Shown here: piece after piece, positions 17,658 to 28,617 of the stretch
How the letters are laid out: every line of letters starts with the position of its first letter
How positions within the stretch are numbered: the stretch's first letter is position 1
Source of the DNA: Candidatus Firestoneibacteriota bacterium
GTDB taxonomy: Bacteria > Oederibacteriota > D2-FULL-39-29 > JBBTED01
DNA: 29,512 nt
Direction of reading: 5' to 3'
NCBI GenBank assembly: GCA_038042445.1
Contig: JBBTED010000156.1
Span: 1 to 29,512, forward strand
Notes under the pieces: generated by a model
Seen by the model: only the letters and a program-made list of their open reading frames with translations
What the model was told of the DNA's origin: nothing
The model's database searches: none
Made by a program: the position numbers and the translations under genes

Positions 17658-20600
17658 TTATTTAACAAGTACTCCTGTAGCAAATGTTCCTAAATCATTC
17701 CAACGGTATCCATAAGGATAGAAAAAACTAAAATGCAATTTGCGAGTTTTATTATTCCCAAAATCTACACCAAAAGCAATAGGAAATTTTCTTCCCTCTT
17801 GAGGTTTATGGACTTCAAGAATTTGCCATGGTATTGCGGCTTCTATAAAATAAGCTGTAAGTTTTTCTTTGTCTGAAAGTGATAGTAAAGATAAATCCCT
17901 CCAATGAAGTAATTTATCAATTAAATGAACACTTCCTTGTATTTTTACTTCATCTTCTTTTTTAAAACCTCTTGCAAGAAAAATATCCAGTTTTCCATTT
18001 GATTTACGAGATAATATAATTTGAAATGGACCAACGAAAATTTCCATTGCTGATTTTTTATATATCAATTGATGATCTTCTAAATCATGGTCAGGTGCTA
18101 TTGATAACATTGCAGTGTAAAGATAATTTTCATCCCATAATAAATATCCAAGTGCACCATAATTTCTACTTTTTAAAACAGATATATCCATATCTTCTTT
18201 TGGTGTGTCATTTGTAATAAGAGAATAATTTAGAACTATTGGAGTGGCATGTTGCCATGGAGCAATATTTTGATCCGGTTCATCACAAGCCCATTTAAAA
18301 TAATCCCCATCAAGAGGCAAAGGTTTTGTTTTTAAAATATTTACATACTTGCTTGACTTTTCAACAGATTTAGGCAAGGTTTTTATAGGGACGTCTAAGT
18401 TTGTAAATAAAGATTCCCAGAGATGAAAGACTTTTGGTTCCTTCCAACGTGTCAGAGCTAATGTTGTTATTATTGCAATACCTTCACCTAATTTAACAAA
18501 TTTCAATAAAGAACCAAGCGGTTTTTCTACTGTAGCTCCGCCCCATAATGTTTTATTAATATGTTCAAATAAAGCAATAGCATCTCGCCATTTTCCATTT
18601 GATGATTCCAAGCTTAATACTTGTGAAGCAGGAATACCTGTTTTCCAAAAATTCACATCTGCAGATGACCAGCCTGCTATAACTGAATCTCTGTTTAAAA
18701 TAGATGTAATATAATTAGTATTTTCTGTACAAATACACCTCCATTTGCCTATTTTAGACAGATTCTTTTCAGAAGGAAGAAGCATCAATAATTTTCCTCC
18801 ACTTCGCACCCATTTATTGATAAAAGAATTTTTATTATCTAAATTTTTTAAATATTCAGAAATTTTATTGGTATCTGTTATTATAAATAAGTCTTTACTA
18901 TCAAAAACATTGCTATATTTAACTGGAATGTTAAACTCCCTTTTAAATTTTTTAGATAATGATTTATTAGTAATAACACTACTTAATTTATATAAATTTG
19001 GCTCAAGCAAATATTTAAGTATAGAATTAAACAATTGTGTTGCCTGTGGGTCTATTTCAATATTTTCTTCTAAATATAATTGGCATTGAATAATACAGCT
19101 ATTTTTAAATGAAATTTCAGCTAAGCTAATATTGTCTATACCAGTTCCACCAGTTAAAATAGTTAAAGGCCCTGTATGACGTTGTTCACTTTCTATAGGA
19201 CGTTTGTATAAATCATCTGCTATACGGCCATCACCATATCTCCATGGCCCAATACAATCAACTTCATTTTTAAATAATATATGTTCTGGTGCTAAAATTT
19301 CTACTTTATCAATACTTGTTAACTCTTTACTAAGATGTGGTATTCCAAATGGCAAAATAGTATGACAAGCAGTACTTACAGCTGAAAGAAAACCTAAAGC
19401 ACTTGGCATCCAATTTGGATTTATTTCTTGTCTTAACAATAAAATTCTACCACCGTTATTTAAAAAATTTACTATTTGTTTGTAATCTAACCCAAACAAT
19501 TCTGTTTTACCGATAATCCATAAACAAGGAGATTCAGGAAATTTATTTAAAAAATTTATATTAACGTTTTGTTTAGAAAGGTAACTGACTATTTTAGAAT
19601 CTTTACTTATACCGCTAATCGATATTGTTGAATTTTGTAAAAAAGTATTAAATTTAATAGATTCAGGATAAACTTTTATATTGCATAGTCTATGTTTATG
19701 AGATAGCCAATGTATAGTTATAGTAATATCGCAGATACAATCAACACTTGGCATAGTTAATGCGACATTTGTATTTGCTATACATCCAGATTGGACTTTA
19801 ATACGGCTATTCCACACTTTTTTCCCATTGATACAAATAAAAATCTCTTTATCAAAAAATTCAGTTGTATCATTAACAATTACCAATGTTTTTTTGATAG
19901 TTTCATTTGACCAGACATTATGAGGTTGTTCTTTGAATGCGCTTAAAATAGGTGTTAAACCTTCTTTTATTGGTTTTGTGAAAGATGTATTTGGTATGAC
20001 TTTTGGAGCATTTTTTACCCATCCTGGATTTACAAATGGCCATCTGGCGTAAGTAATACATGTTGATTTATATCTTTCAGGATACGGGAATGTAACTTTT
20101 TCTTCACTAAAGCAAAGCTTATGCTTTGCATCTACACCAATATTCAAATGTGTTTTTGCTGTCCACCATGGTTTAAAAAACAAAGAATCCATCCCAAATA
20201 GGACTGTGCCGGCAACACCACGAATACGATGGGCTATTATTTCATCACGATATAATTGCCCAAATTTTCTGTGAATATCATCTTGAGATTTAAACTCTGC
20301 TGGATAACGTTTTAAATTATTAACACCAAAATGAGTTGTATTCATACTTAGTTTTGTTGCATCTGCCCACCACTCACCAGCTACAAATGGTTTATTGCGA
20401 TGTTGCTTTGCCCAAAAGTCTATAATTTTAGTTAGTCCTCGTTCGCAATGTTGGTGATAAAAATCTGAATGTTTATGCGCACCTGCACCACTTGCCACAA
20501 CAGGTCGTGTAGAATCTATAGTTTTAACAAAATCTATGAGTTCATTTACCAAACTTGTATTGCGTGCATTTATTCTGATTAGTTCATTTTCTACATCCCA

Positions 20601-21764
20601 TATTATTACTGATGGATGATTTCTGTCACGTTCAATCCATTCTTTGAACTCACGTTTGGAATTTTGTAGAAGTGTTGGACCACCTAAAAAATAACCTGAT
20701 TGACCTGTGCTCCATAATGAAGATTGATCTTGAATCAGAATACCTTCTTCATCTGCAACTTTTAAGATTACTTCCGGACAAATAGCTGCATGAGTGCGTA
20801 TATGATTAAATCCAAGTTTTTTTATGAAACGAAATATAGTACGGACATAATCTTCTCGCCACCAATGCGGAGAGACACGATGACGTATTAAACTATATCC
20901 AAGTAAATGAATTGGTTTGCCATTGAGTAAAAATTTATCCTGTTTTATTGAAAATTCACGCAATCCTATACGAACTGGCAATTTATGGATTAATTTTCCA
21001 TTGGAATCAATTAAGACAAATATTATTTTAAGAAGATTTGGCAAAGAAGAACTCCACAAAGGCAGTTTATCAATTGGTTTATTAAACTTAATCGCAATTT
21101 TATTTCCAGATGTGATTTTAATGTTTTTATCCGGAAAAAACTTTTTATTTTGGTTATTTAAAAATAAGCATTTAACATAACCATTAAATTTTTGAGTACT
21201 AACATTATGTATTTTAATAAAAAACTCAAGTTTGTTTTTACTTATATAGGAATTATAATGCCAGTTACCAAAGTGTACTTGTGGCAAAGCAATTAGCCAT
21301 ATACTTTGCCATATACCGCCAGGCAGACAACCTTCTTCATAATTTTCCGGATACCCAATTTGATGAATTAATTTCTGCCCCTGCTCAGCATATTTAGCAG
21401 ATGTAACCAACACTCGCAATTCACACGAATTTTTATTAAATGTTTTTGCAATATCTGATAAATCTATTTCAAAAGGAGTAAAACCACCTGTATGCTCTCC
21501 AATTTTTGTATTGTCTAAAAATACTTCTGCTTTTAGCATTACTGCTTCAAACTTTAAAACAATACGAAAATTTTTCCATTCATCAGGGATAGTTATTTTT
21601 CGCCATATCCACGCTTGTTTAACCTGTGACCACGAATCAGGATATCCCCAGCATTCTCCATGTGTCCAAAGACTTGGAACAGAAAACCCATATACTTTTT
21701 TATCAAATGATTCTACTGCCTGAAAAAACCATTTACCATTTAAACAAATCTTTTTTGTTTGCAT
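17658..21764 (-). CDS. Large glycoside hydrolase family 2-like protein with a probable C-terminal CBM9/DOMON-like domain
   Basis: LNGKW-F, GEHTGGFTPFE, GGIWQ, IGLREF, LNGKPI-L-G, RNHPSVIIWDVENE and DSTRP. C-terminal LDGD..W...LLWDENYLY...EAAIPW. No obvious signal peptide. Confidence 0.85.
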   Translation of the reverse strand: MQTKKICLNGKWFFQAVESFDKKVYGFSVPSLWTHGECWGYPDSWSQVKQAWIWRKITIPDEWKNFRIVLKFEAVMLKAEVFLDNTKIGEHTGGFTPFEIDLSDIAKTFNKNSCELRVLVTSAKYAEQGQKLIHQIGYPENYEEGCLPGGIWQSIWLIALPQVHFGNWHYNSYISKNKLEFFIKIHNVSTQKFNGYVKCLFLNNQNKKFFPDKNIKITSGNKIAIKFNKPIDKLPLWSSSLPNLLKIIFVLIDSNGKLIHKLPVRIGLREFSIKQDKFLLNGKPIHLLGYSLIRHRVSPHWWREDYVRTIFRFIKKLGFNHIRTHAAICPEVILKVADEEGILIQDQSSLWSTGQSGYFLGGPTLLQNSKREFKEWIERDRNHPSVIIWDVENELIRINARNTSLVNELIDFVKTIDSTRPVVASGAGAHKHSDFYHQHCERGLTKIIDFWAKQHRNKPFVAGEWWADATKLSMNTTHFGVNNLKRYPAEFKSQDDIHRKFGQLYRDEIIAHRIRGVAGTVLFGMDSLFFKPWWTAKTHLNIGVDAKHKLCFSEEKVTFPYPERYKSTCITYARWPFVNPGWVKNAPKVIPNTSFTKPIKEGLTPILSAFKEQPHNVWSNETIKKTLVIVNDTTEFFDKEIFICINGKKVWNSRIKVQSGCIANTNVALTMPSVDCICDITITIHWLSHKHRLCNIKVYPESIKFNTFLQNSTISISGISKDSKIVSYLSKQNVNINFLNKFPESPCLWIIGKTELFGLDYKQIVNFLNNGGRILLLRQEINPNWMPSALGFLSAVSTACHTILPFGIPHLSKELTSIDKVEILAPEHILFKNEVDCIGPWRYGDGRIADDLYKRPIESEQRHTGPLTILTGGTGIDNISLAEISFKNSCIIQCQLYLEENIEIDPQATQLFNSILKYLLEPNLYKLSSVITNKSLSKKFKREFNIPVKYSNVFDSKDLFIITDTNKISEYLKNLDNKNSFINKWVRSGGKLLMLLPSEKNLSKIGKWRCICTENTNYITSILNRDSVIAGWSSADVNFWKTGIPASQVLSLESSNGKWRDAIALFEHINKTLWGGATVEKPLGSLLKFVKLGEGIAIITTLALTRWKEPKVFHLWESLFTNLDVPIKTLPKSVEKSSKYVNILKTKPLPLDGDYFKWACDEPDQNIAPWQHATPIVLNYSLITNDTPKEDMDISVLKSRNYGALGYLLWDENYLYTAMLSIAPDHDLEDHQLIYKKSAMEIFVGPFQIILSRKSNGKLDIFLARGFKKEDEVKIQGSVHLIDKLLHWRDLSLLSLSDKEKLTAYFIEAAIPWQILEVHKPQEGRKFPIAFGVDFGNNKTRKLHFSFFYPYGYRWNDLGTFATGVLVK

Positions 21765-21805
21765 AATTTTTTATCCAGATTTACACTTCCATTTAAATAT
21801 TCTTT

Positions 21806-24800
21806 TTACCAGTTGTGAAAAGCATTTACGTCGTATTCAGGATAATCATCTGGATATGGAGAAGCAAAAAAGGCGGTACCTTTTTTTTCTTTTTGTATAA
21901 TTATATTTACAGGACCTTCTACTCTTCCACCCATATAATCGTCAAATACTCGTATTGCTATAATATTTTCACTGCCAAATTTTATTAAGTTCTTTGGTAT
22001 TATATATTTCCTTTTGAATTCCCACCACTTTTGAGTTTCTTTTCCTGTTGAACCTATTTTATCACCATTTACAAAAGTATCATCGAAATCATCTATAGAA
22101 CCTATAGATAGTGTAAATGTATCATAATCTTCAACTGTTTTAGGTATAAATATTTTTGCTTTATACCATGCATATCCATCATACTGGTATTGATTGTCTT
22201 TTTCCTTTTCGCCTGTGTATATCCTATTTTTGTTTAACATTGTCCAACCCTGATCTTCCCAGTTTAAGCCTAATTTTATTTCTTTCCATTTATCATCAAG
22301 CAAGCTGGAAGTCCAGTTTTCTTTTACTCCTACATCATCAGGATCAATTTTGAACCCCCAATTTTCTACAGATAATAAAACATCTGCAGAGTCCTTTTTA
22401 TTATTCATATATTTTTCATTTGAAAATAATTTTAATGTGTCAAATTGCACACCAATATTGTTTAGAATATTATTTACTATCCTAAATGGCTTATAATAAA
22501 CAAATTTGTCAATGAAGGATGTGTATTTCTTTTTACCTTCTAATACTATTGGTTCTACAACAAAATTTGCAGGTAAAAATCCTACCAATATTAATTTCCC
22601 TTTTCCATATTCTATTTCTATTAGGGAATTATTATCTAAAAACTTTATAGCATTTTTATCTTCTGTTTGGAATTCAGTAACTTTTATTGGAGACCTCCAG
22701 AAAAAGTCACTATTTCCAAGACCTGATATAATATTATTTGTTGAATTTATGACTTTTGACTTGAAAAATTTATTGCTTTTGTATTCTATATCTATAGGTG
22801 CCCAATCCAATGTGCCTTCTTTTTCTAAATAATTTATATACAAAATATTTCCGCCTTTGTTTAGGAAGTCTTTTATTTGGCTTTGATATTTTGCCAATTC
22901 AGTGTCAGAGGCCTCTACAAGAATAACAATATTATAGTTATCTAATTCATTCAAATTATCTATTTTTTGTATATTAGAACTATATTTAACAATTTTTTCA
23001 AAATAATTATTTTGATCCAATAATCCTACTGTTATTTTTGCATTATTCTCATCGGTTTTGTTTTTACAGATATAAGTTAAAATATTATTTGTGATTTTAG
23101 TTGCAACTGGGTCTATATTATATCTTGGTGTTACATCTAACTGACACAATACAATTTTACCTTTGCCTTTTTCCATTTCAGCAAGCGGTGAATTAATCAA
23201 ATCAAATCCACATGCCAAAATACTTTTAAAATTTCCAAATACTGGTTTTCTAATTACATAAGATGATACAATCCCATAGCTGCCGCAGGTATATTTAAAT
23301 AAAGGATAATGTGGAGAATATTCATCTTTTGCAATATTGGGTGTATCAAAATCTATAGCTATATCAGGTTTGTTACGCCAATTCCTTAAATCATCTTCAT
23401 TAATACCGTTTATAATTGGATGTGATTTATCCTTTATAAAAGCATATCTTTGTCTTTCTTCTTCAAAAATCAGATTGCCGAAATTACATAGTTTTTGTTC
23501 AAATATTAGTAAATTTAATCCGTTTTCAATATATTGTTTCTCTTCTATTTGGGCTAACAAATTGTCTTTTGCAGTAGACAATGTTTCTTTTCCTATTATT
23601 AATACTTTTATATTTTTTATATCATCGATATTTTTAACTTTTTTATAACTAATATTTAATTTTTTTAGTAGTTTTTCAGTATCACCTTTTACGTCATATA
23701 ATCCTATAGATGTAAAATTATTAATAGCTAATTTTTCATTTTGAAATACTTCAAAATCAAATGAGTCTTTTGCTATTTCTTTACTTGCTGTTTTTAAACT
23801 TGCAGATATTTTGCATTTTCTTTTTGTACTAATATCAGTAGTTTTAAATTCAAATGGAATTCTTTGTTGTTCACCTGGAGTTATAGTAATATTTTTACTC
23901 AAAGAATAAATTGATTTTTCTTTATTATCAATTATATCCACTTTTAGCAAAGCATTTAATGTCTGAAAACTATCATTTAAAATTAAAATTTGTTTTTTTA
24001 TTGTTTCGTTTTGAAAAAATGAATGGTCTTTTCCATTCCAATAGGTTTCGTTATTTATAATAACCACTCTTATTGGAGCTAATGCTTCTTTTAATGAATA
24101 ATAATATTGTGTCTTTTTATTGATATCCAGAAACCTCTCCTCTATACGTGCTTTATCAGGTTTTATACCATATGTTTTTAAATTATCGTATTGTAAATTA
24201 TTCAACCATCTGTTTTCATATTCTTGCACAAAAAAACATAATTCTTCAGCAAATATTCCTATTCCTGATGTCCCATATCCTCGCCATGCAGTAATATGAT
24301 TTCGCGCAAATAAATCTCTGGCTTTAAAATGTTCTTCTTTTAAATTATTATTCTCATATCTATATTGGTTAAGGCCCTTCTGTATTCTAGAATAATCATC
24401 AGAAATAATATCATACATATCATCTCCAAAATATCTTGCTGTATGTTCAGGTACTAATATTCTTGCATTTTTAAATGTTGGTGTTATTGGATTATCAAAA
24501 TCAGTAAATGTTGCTCCTACATATGGGAAACCTTCTTCAGAATTCATAAATAGATTTTTTTTAACCTTAGACCACTGATATGGCCAATCTTCTCTTTCCT
24601 GGAGAGGTAAACCAAATGACATATAATGCATTGTAGTGTATAATTTCGTCATATTGCCTGAAGCATTATGGAATATACCTCTTGTATTGTCACAATCTGT
24701 AATAATTGTGTCAGAAGATAAAATTCTTTCTCTTGCTTTTGCTCTTTGTTTTGGAATATATGTAAAATTATTAATCATTGCTGGATGCTGCTGTAAAGGA

Positions 24801-27514
24801 TAATAGGTTTTATTAAAATCATTAAAATACAAAATAATTGATGGATGATTCTCCCAGAAATTTGTATGTTTTTCAATTGCCTGTTTGTAATCATCTTTAT
24901 CTGTAAATTCGTCAAATTCAGGAACCCAAAGAACTACAAAGACCCCAAGTTCATCACAAGCCTTAATCATTTCCTCCTGCCATACAGGAGCTATAGCTTT
25001 ATACCATTGAACTGTATCTGCATTAAAAACTATTTCTGCTGCTAATGTATTAAAACCCATATCTTTGATAGTCTTTACAGTATCGTAAATATCCCCTTTT
25101 TTAGAACATACAACATCAGTATATCTTTTAAATAATTCGGCATGTAGACTGCTATTGTAAAACAAATGCACTTTATTGCTATTTAGGTAAAATGCATTTT
25201 CTCCCATTTTAAATTCTCTGAACCCGAATGTGTAATTCCATGATTCATCTAATGTTTTCATTGTTTTACCAGATGAAGATTTTATGGTTATTTTTAAATC
25301 ATAAAGATATGGATTATCAGGGTTCCATAATATTGGATTGTCCCATTTTGCAGTTAAATTAAATTTCTGATATGTTTCACCTGTTAAAAGGACAGGTAAA
25401 TCCGAAAGTGTTTTTGCTAATTTAAATGAACTATGTTCAAATATTTTTGGCTCTACAAAATAATTTCCTTTTACACCTTTTAAATTTATTATAGTGCCTG
25501 ATATATCAATTGTTTTATTCAAAACAGAAGTTTTTACTAATACCTCATTTGCAAAAATTTTATTATCTAATTTATCAATGCTTACATCAAAAATAGAAGA
25601 ACCGTAAGTTTTTTTGAACTTATCATCTTTAAAAAACAATTCTATGTCTAATTTTATTGTATTTTCTTTGTTGTATTTTGAAATATCAATATATTCGTCA
25701 TTCAATATTCCCTGTTCAAATCTACTCACCCATGAACGAGTATCAACAAGTTCATTATTCACAAATACTCTTGCACAATGTGCACCGACGTTTTTGATTT
25801 TAAGGAAAATATTTTTATCATAATATTCTTGTGGCAATAGGACATTTCTACTATACCAGCTTTTCATATAATCGGTTGTATTTTTTCCTGAAATTGTATT
25901 TATTGCATTGAGTTTGTTGTTTGTATCCAATTCATAAACCTCATAAGCTAAATTATTTAGCCATCTTCCTGGAACTTTACTATAATATATTTCATCTCTG
26001 GGTTCAGGTGTGAGCTCATTATTTAAAACAGGATAAAACCTCCATATTCCATTTAAGCATATTTCTTTTCTTGTGCTGTTTTCTCTGGTTTGGGCATTAT
26101 CTAATGACCATATCTCTCTTTCAAAATCATTTACAGTAAAACTAACAGGTTTTTTACTGTTAAAAATATTTAGAAGGTTTAGAACATCTTTTTTATCAAA
26201 GTATTGTGAAAATACTATAAGTTTATCAATATTAAATTTGTCACTTGGATAATTTATATCTTTAATGCTTTCAAAATTTTCAAGTGTAAGCCCTGTATTT
26301 TTTACACTTGCTTGTTCAACAGCATTTATATAAAATTTAATTATATTTTCATCCCAACTAATAGTGTAATTGTTCCATTCATTAGAATAAATTTTATACA
26401 GCTGATTTAAAATGATTGGTTTATCTTCTGTGATTATTATTAACTCAGTTATTGTTGAAGATGGATTATAGAATAATTTATACTCTATGTTTTGTGATTT
26501 TAAATTAAATACCATTTTTCTGCCATCTTCTTTTTTAGCATTTAAATTTGCCCAAAAACTTATAGTTCCTTTTTTGGAAATCTGGGCAAGTGGTTTTATA
26601 GCGAATGCCTGTTCACCTGAATAAAATAAGTGTAAACCCTTTGGCAGTATCTCTTTTAATATATCATTACTAATTATTGAATTAAAAGTGCTGGTTTTAT
26701 AATCATTTGTGGAAACTTTTGTTGATTCTGCTTCTTTAGTTTCGCTTATAAATAAATCAACAAGTTTTGTTTGGGTAAAAGTATCATTATATATTTTAAG
26801 TTCGTCATAAGCACATTCACCTGCATCTCCTTTATAATTATCCTTTTCTTTTGAACCTATCCATAAAGTATATTTACTATTCAAAAAAGTATTTTTATCT
26901 TTTATAGTATTTTCTAATTTGGCTCTATATATTTTATCATTTATTTTAATCCCATATTCATACTTTTCAAAATCCCAAAATAATACAACTTTATTAAAAT
27001 TTTGATTTTCTAATTCATTTTTTATATTTAATATATCTGTTTGATCCTTATTTTTTAATTGCAAAGTTAATGTATTATCAGCATTTTTAGTGAAATCTAT
27101 CTGACAATTGGTATTTGCTATGTTTAATATTTCATTGCGTGTATTTAAATTATCCCACAATGGTTTCATAAAAAATACAATTGTCTGCTTTTCTTTTACT
27201 TCAATATCCAAATAAGATAAACTTGCTTTTTGGTCATAAGCATATCGTTTTATAACTACTGATTTTCCTGCAACTCCATTTATAAAACTTGTTCGAATCC
27301 CATCTCCGGTTTTTTTCTCGTTACCTAATTCTGCGGTTACATCTTCATCAAAAGGCATATAAATATATGGAACTGCAGTATTTTCTTCTGATTTCTGGAC
27401 ATCTGCATAAGTATTAAATCCAAAGAATATAATAGTACATAATGCTAAAAATATTTTATCTTTCATGTTTACACTATTTCCTTTTGCCGAATTTCTAATA
27501 TTCCATTCGGTCAT
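21806..27514 (-). CDS. Very large secreted GH2-like protein: LamG-like N-terminal domains, GH2-like core, C-terminal galactose-binding-like domain
   Basis: Signal peptide MKDKIFLALCTIIFFGFNTYA (likely start 27466). Motifs GTISFW, ICLNGIWRF, LWNPDNPYLY, FGFREF, CDELG and NHPSI. C-terminal YDGYAWY..IDDFD..VNG..IG..NIIAIRVFD. Confidence 0.8.
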   Translation of the reverse strand: MTEWNIRNSAKGNSVNMKDKIFLALCTIIFFGFNTYADVQKSEENTAVPYIYMPFDEDVTAELGNEKKTGDGIRTSFINGVAGKSVVIKRYAYDQKASLSYLDIEVKEKQTIVFFMKPLWDNLNTRNEILNIANTNCQIDFTKNADNTLTLQLKNKDQTDILNIKNELENQNFNKVVLFWDFEKYEYGIKINDKIYRAKLENTIKDKNTFLNSKYTLWIGSKEKDNYKGDAGECAYDELKIYNDTFTQTKLVDLFISETKEAESTKVSTNDYKTSTFNSIISNDILKEILPKGLHLFYSGEQAFAIKPLAQISKKGTISFWANLNAKKEDGRKMVFNLKSQNIEYKLFYNPSSTITELIIITEDKPIILNQLYKIYSNEWNNYTISWDENIIKFYINAVEQASVKNTGLTLENFESIKDINYPSDKFNIDKLIVFSQYFDKKDVLNLLNIFNSKKPVSFTVNDFEREIWSLDNAQTRENSTRKEICLNGIWRFYPVLNNELTPEPRDEIYYSKVPGRWLNNLAYEVYELDTNNKLNAINTISGKNTTDYMKSWYSRNVLLPQEYYDKNIFLKIKNVGAHCARVFVNNELVDTRSWVSRFEQGILNDEYIDISKYNKENTIKLDIELFFKDDKFKKTYGSSIFDVSIDKLDNKIFANEVLVKTSVLNKTIDISGTIINLKGVKGNYFVEPKIFEHSSFKLAKTLSDLPVLLTGETYQKFNLTAKWDNPILWNPDNPYLYDLKITIKSSSGKTMKTLDESWNYTFGFREFKMGENAFYLNSNKVHLFYNSSLHAELFKRYTDVVCSKKGDIYDTVKTIKDMGFNTLAAEIVFNADTVQWYKAIAPVWQEEMIKACDELGVFVVLWVPEFDEFTDKDDYKQAIEKHTNFWENHPSIILYFNDFNKTYYPLQQHPAMINNFTYIPKQRAKARERILSSDTIITDCDNTRGIFHNASGNMTKLYTTMHYMSFGLPLQEREDWPYQWSKVKKNLFMNSEEGFPYVGATFTDFDNPITPTFKNARILVPEHTARYFGDDMYDIISDDYSRIQKGLNQYRYENNNLKEEHFKARDLFARNHITAWRGYGTSGIGIFAEELCFFVQEYENRWLNNLQYDNLKTYGIKPDKARIEERFLDINKKTQYYYSLKEALAPIRVVIINNETYWNGKDHSFFQNETIKKQILILNDSFQTLNALLKVDIIDNKEKSIYSLSKNITITPGEQQRIPFEFKTTDISTKRKCKISASLKTASKEIAKDSFDFEVFQNEKLAINNFTSIGLYDVKGDTEKLLKKLNISYKKVKNIDDIKNIKVLIIGKETLSTAKDNLLAQIEEKQYIENGLNLLIFEQKLCNFGNLIFEEERQRYAFIKDKSHPIINGINEDDLRNWRNKPDIAIDFDTPNIAKDEYSPHYPLFKYTCGSYGIVSSYVIRKPVFGNFKSILACGFDLINSPLAEMEKGKGKIVLCQLDVTPRYNIDPVATKITNNILTYICKNKTDENNAKITVGLLDQNNYFEKIVKYSSNIQKIDNLNELDNYNIVILVEASDTELAKYQSQIKDFLNKGGNILYINYLEKEGTLDWAPIDIEYKSNKFFKSKVINSTNNIISGLGNSDFFWRSPIKVTEFQTEDKNAIKFLDNNSLIEIEYGKGKLILVGFLPANFVVEPIVLEGKKKYTSFIDKFVYYKPFRIVNNILNNIGVQFDTLKLFSNEKYMNNKKDSADVLLSVENWGFKIDPDDVGVKENWTSSLLDDKWKEIKLGLNWEDQGWTMLNKNRIYTGEKEKDNQYQYDGYAWYKAKIFIPKTVEDYDTFTLSIGSIDDFDDTFVNGDKIGSTGKETQKWWEFKRKYIIPKNLIKFGSENIIAIRVFDDYMGGRVEGPVNIIIQKEKKGTAFFASPYPDDYPEYDVNAFHNW

Positions 27515-27532
27515 AATTATTTTTCCATTAAA

Positions 27533-28498
27533 TTACTTGGCATAATTACCGTATTCTTCTACTGCTTCAAAAAATGCAAGGACATTTTCCCATGGGACAT
27601 CAGGTTCTAAAGTATGTGTTGGTGCAAGAACTAATCCACCATTTTTTCCTACTGTTTCTATTCTTTCTTTAACTACACGTTTTACCTCTTCTGGTGTTCC
27701 AAATGGCATTGTTGTTTGTGTTCCTATAGTTCCCCAAAATGATAATTTATCACCATATTGTTTTTTTAATTGGACAGGATTCATACATTCAGGCTGAATA
27801 GGATTTAAAACATCCACTCCAACATCATCACCTAAATGTATCATATCAGTATCTGCCTTAGCGTATTTATCAGCCATAAAACATCGTATATCTGTTATTT
27901 TGTCTAACAACGCACTTACAAAATCCTGATTAGTAATAAAACCCATTAAAAGGGTGTCCATTCCATACATCTGCCATGCAGTCTCAAAAATATGTCCGAC
28001 TGCTCCAGTTGCAAAGTAATTTTGTGTTTGTATTTTCTCAACATCTTCTTTTAAGTATTTACATCTATATTCCGAACATATATCCGGAAATGGATAATTC
28101 TGTAATTCAGATACATTTGTCATTTTATTTAAAGGATGCACACGTTTTATAAAATGATACATTGAACCAGGCAGATATGCTATTCCCCATTCATCTACAC
28201 GTATTTATTTTGATGGCTGACCAGATATTTGCCAAGTATGCTTACCTTCGCCTTCATATACTATCTTACCTTCTTTACCTTCAGGTAATTGTCCATAATA
28301 TTTTGAAAAATCAATTTTTCGTGTAGTATCTTTAAAAAATGGATATCTCGTTTCCATATTGAAATATTCATTAGGTTCAATTGAATTGGTCTTTTGTTTA
28401 AATATTTCATATAATGCCGGACTAAAACCTGCTTCTTTTGGAACTTTATCCGGTTTTTGTCTTGCTAAAGTTGTTAACACTCTTTCTCTTGGTGTCAT
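27533..28498 (-). pseudogene. Disrupted uroporphyrinogen decarboxylase / MtaA-CmuA-like family gene
   Basis: Starts at ATG 28498 (MTPRERV...PDKVP, SD AAGGAG). In-frame TAA at 28205-28207, then the frame continues IRVDEWG...; GDDVG joins directly to VDVLNPIQPE. Tail FWG-IGTQ-TMPFGTPEEV and APTH-L-PDVPWEN. Confidence 0.85.
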
Positions 28499-28524
28499 AA
28501 TTTTCTCCTTTTGTGTGTTTTTAT

Positions 28525-28579
28525 GTAGTCGCAAGTTTTAACTTGCATTCTTTTCTCGCAGGCTAAAGTCTACGACTAC
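28525..28579. repeat. Diverged GTAG-type REP dimer
   Basis: GTAGTCGCAAGTTTTAACTTGC ... CGCAGGCTAAAGTCTACGACTAC, same family as 10817-10895. Confidence 0.85.
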
Positions 28580-28617
28580 AATTTTAAAGTTTCTTTCTTA
28601 CAACAAAAAGCTTTATC

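Noticed and set aside
28205..28207. Stop-codon recoding of the in-frame TAA
   Set aside because: TAA ends most genes in the window, and the same gene also has a deletion of a core segment.
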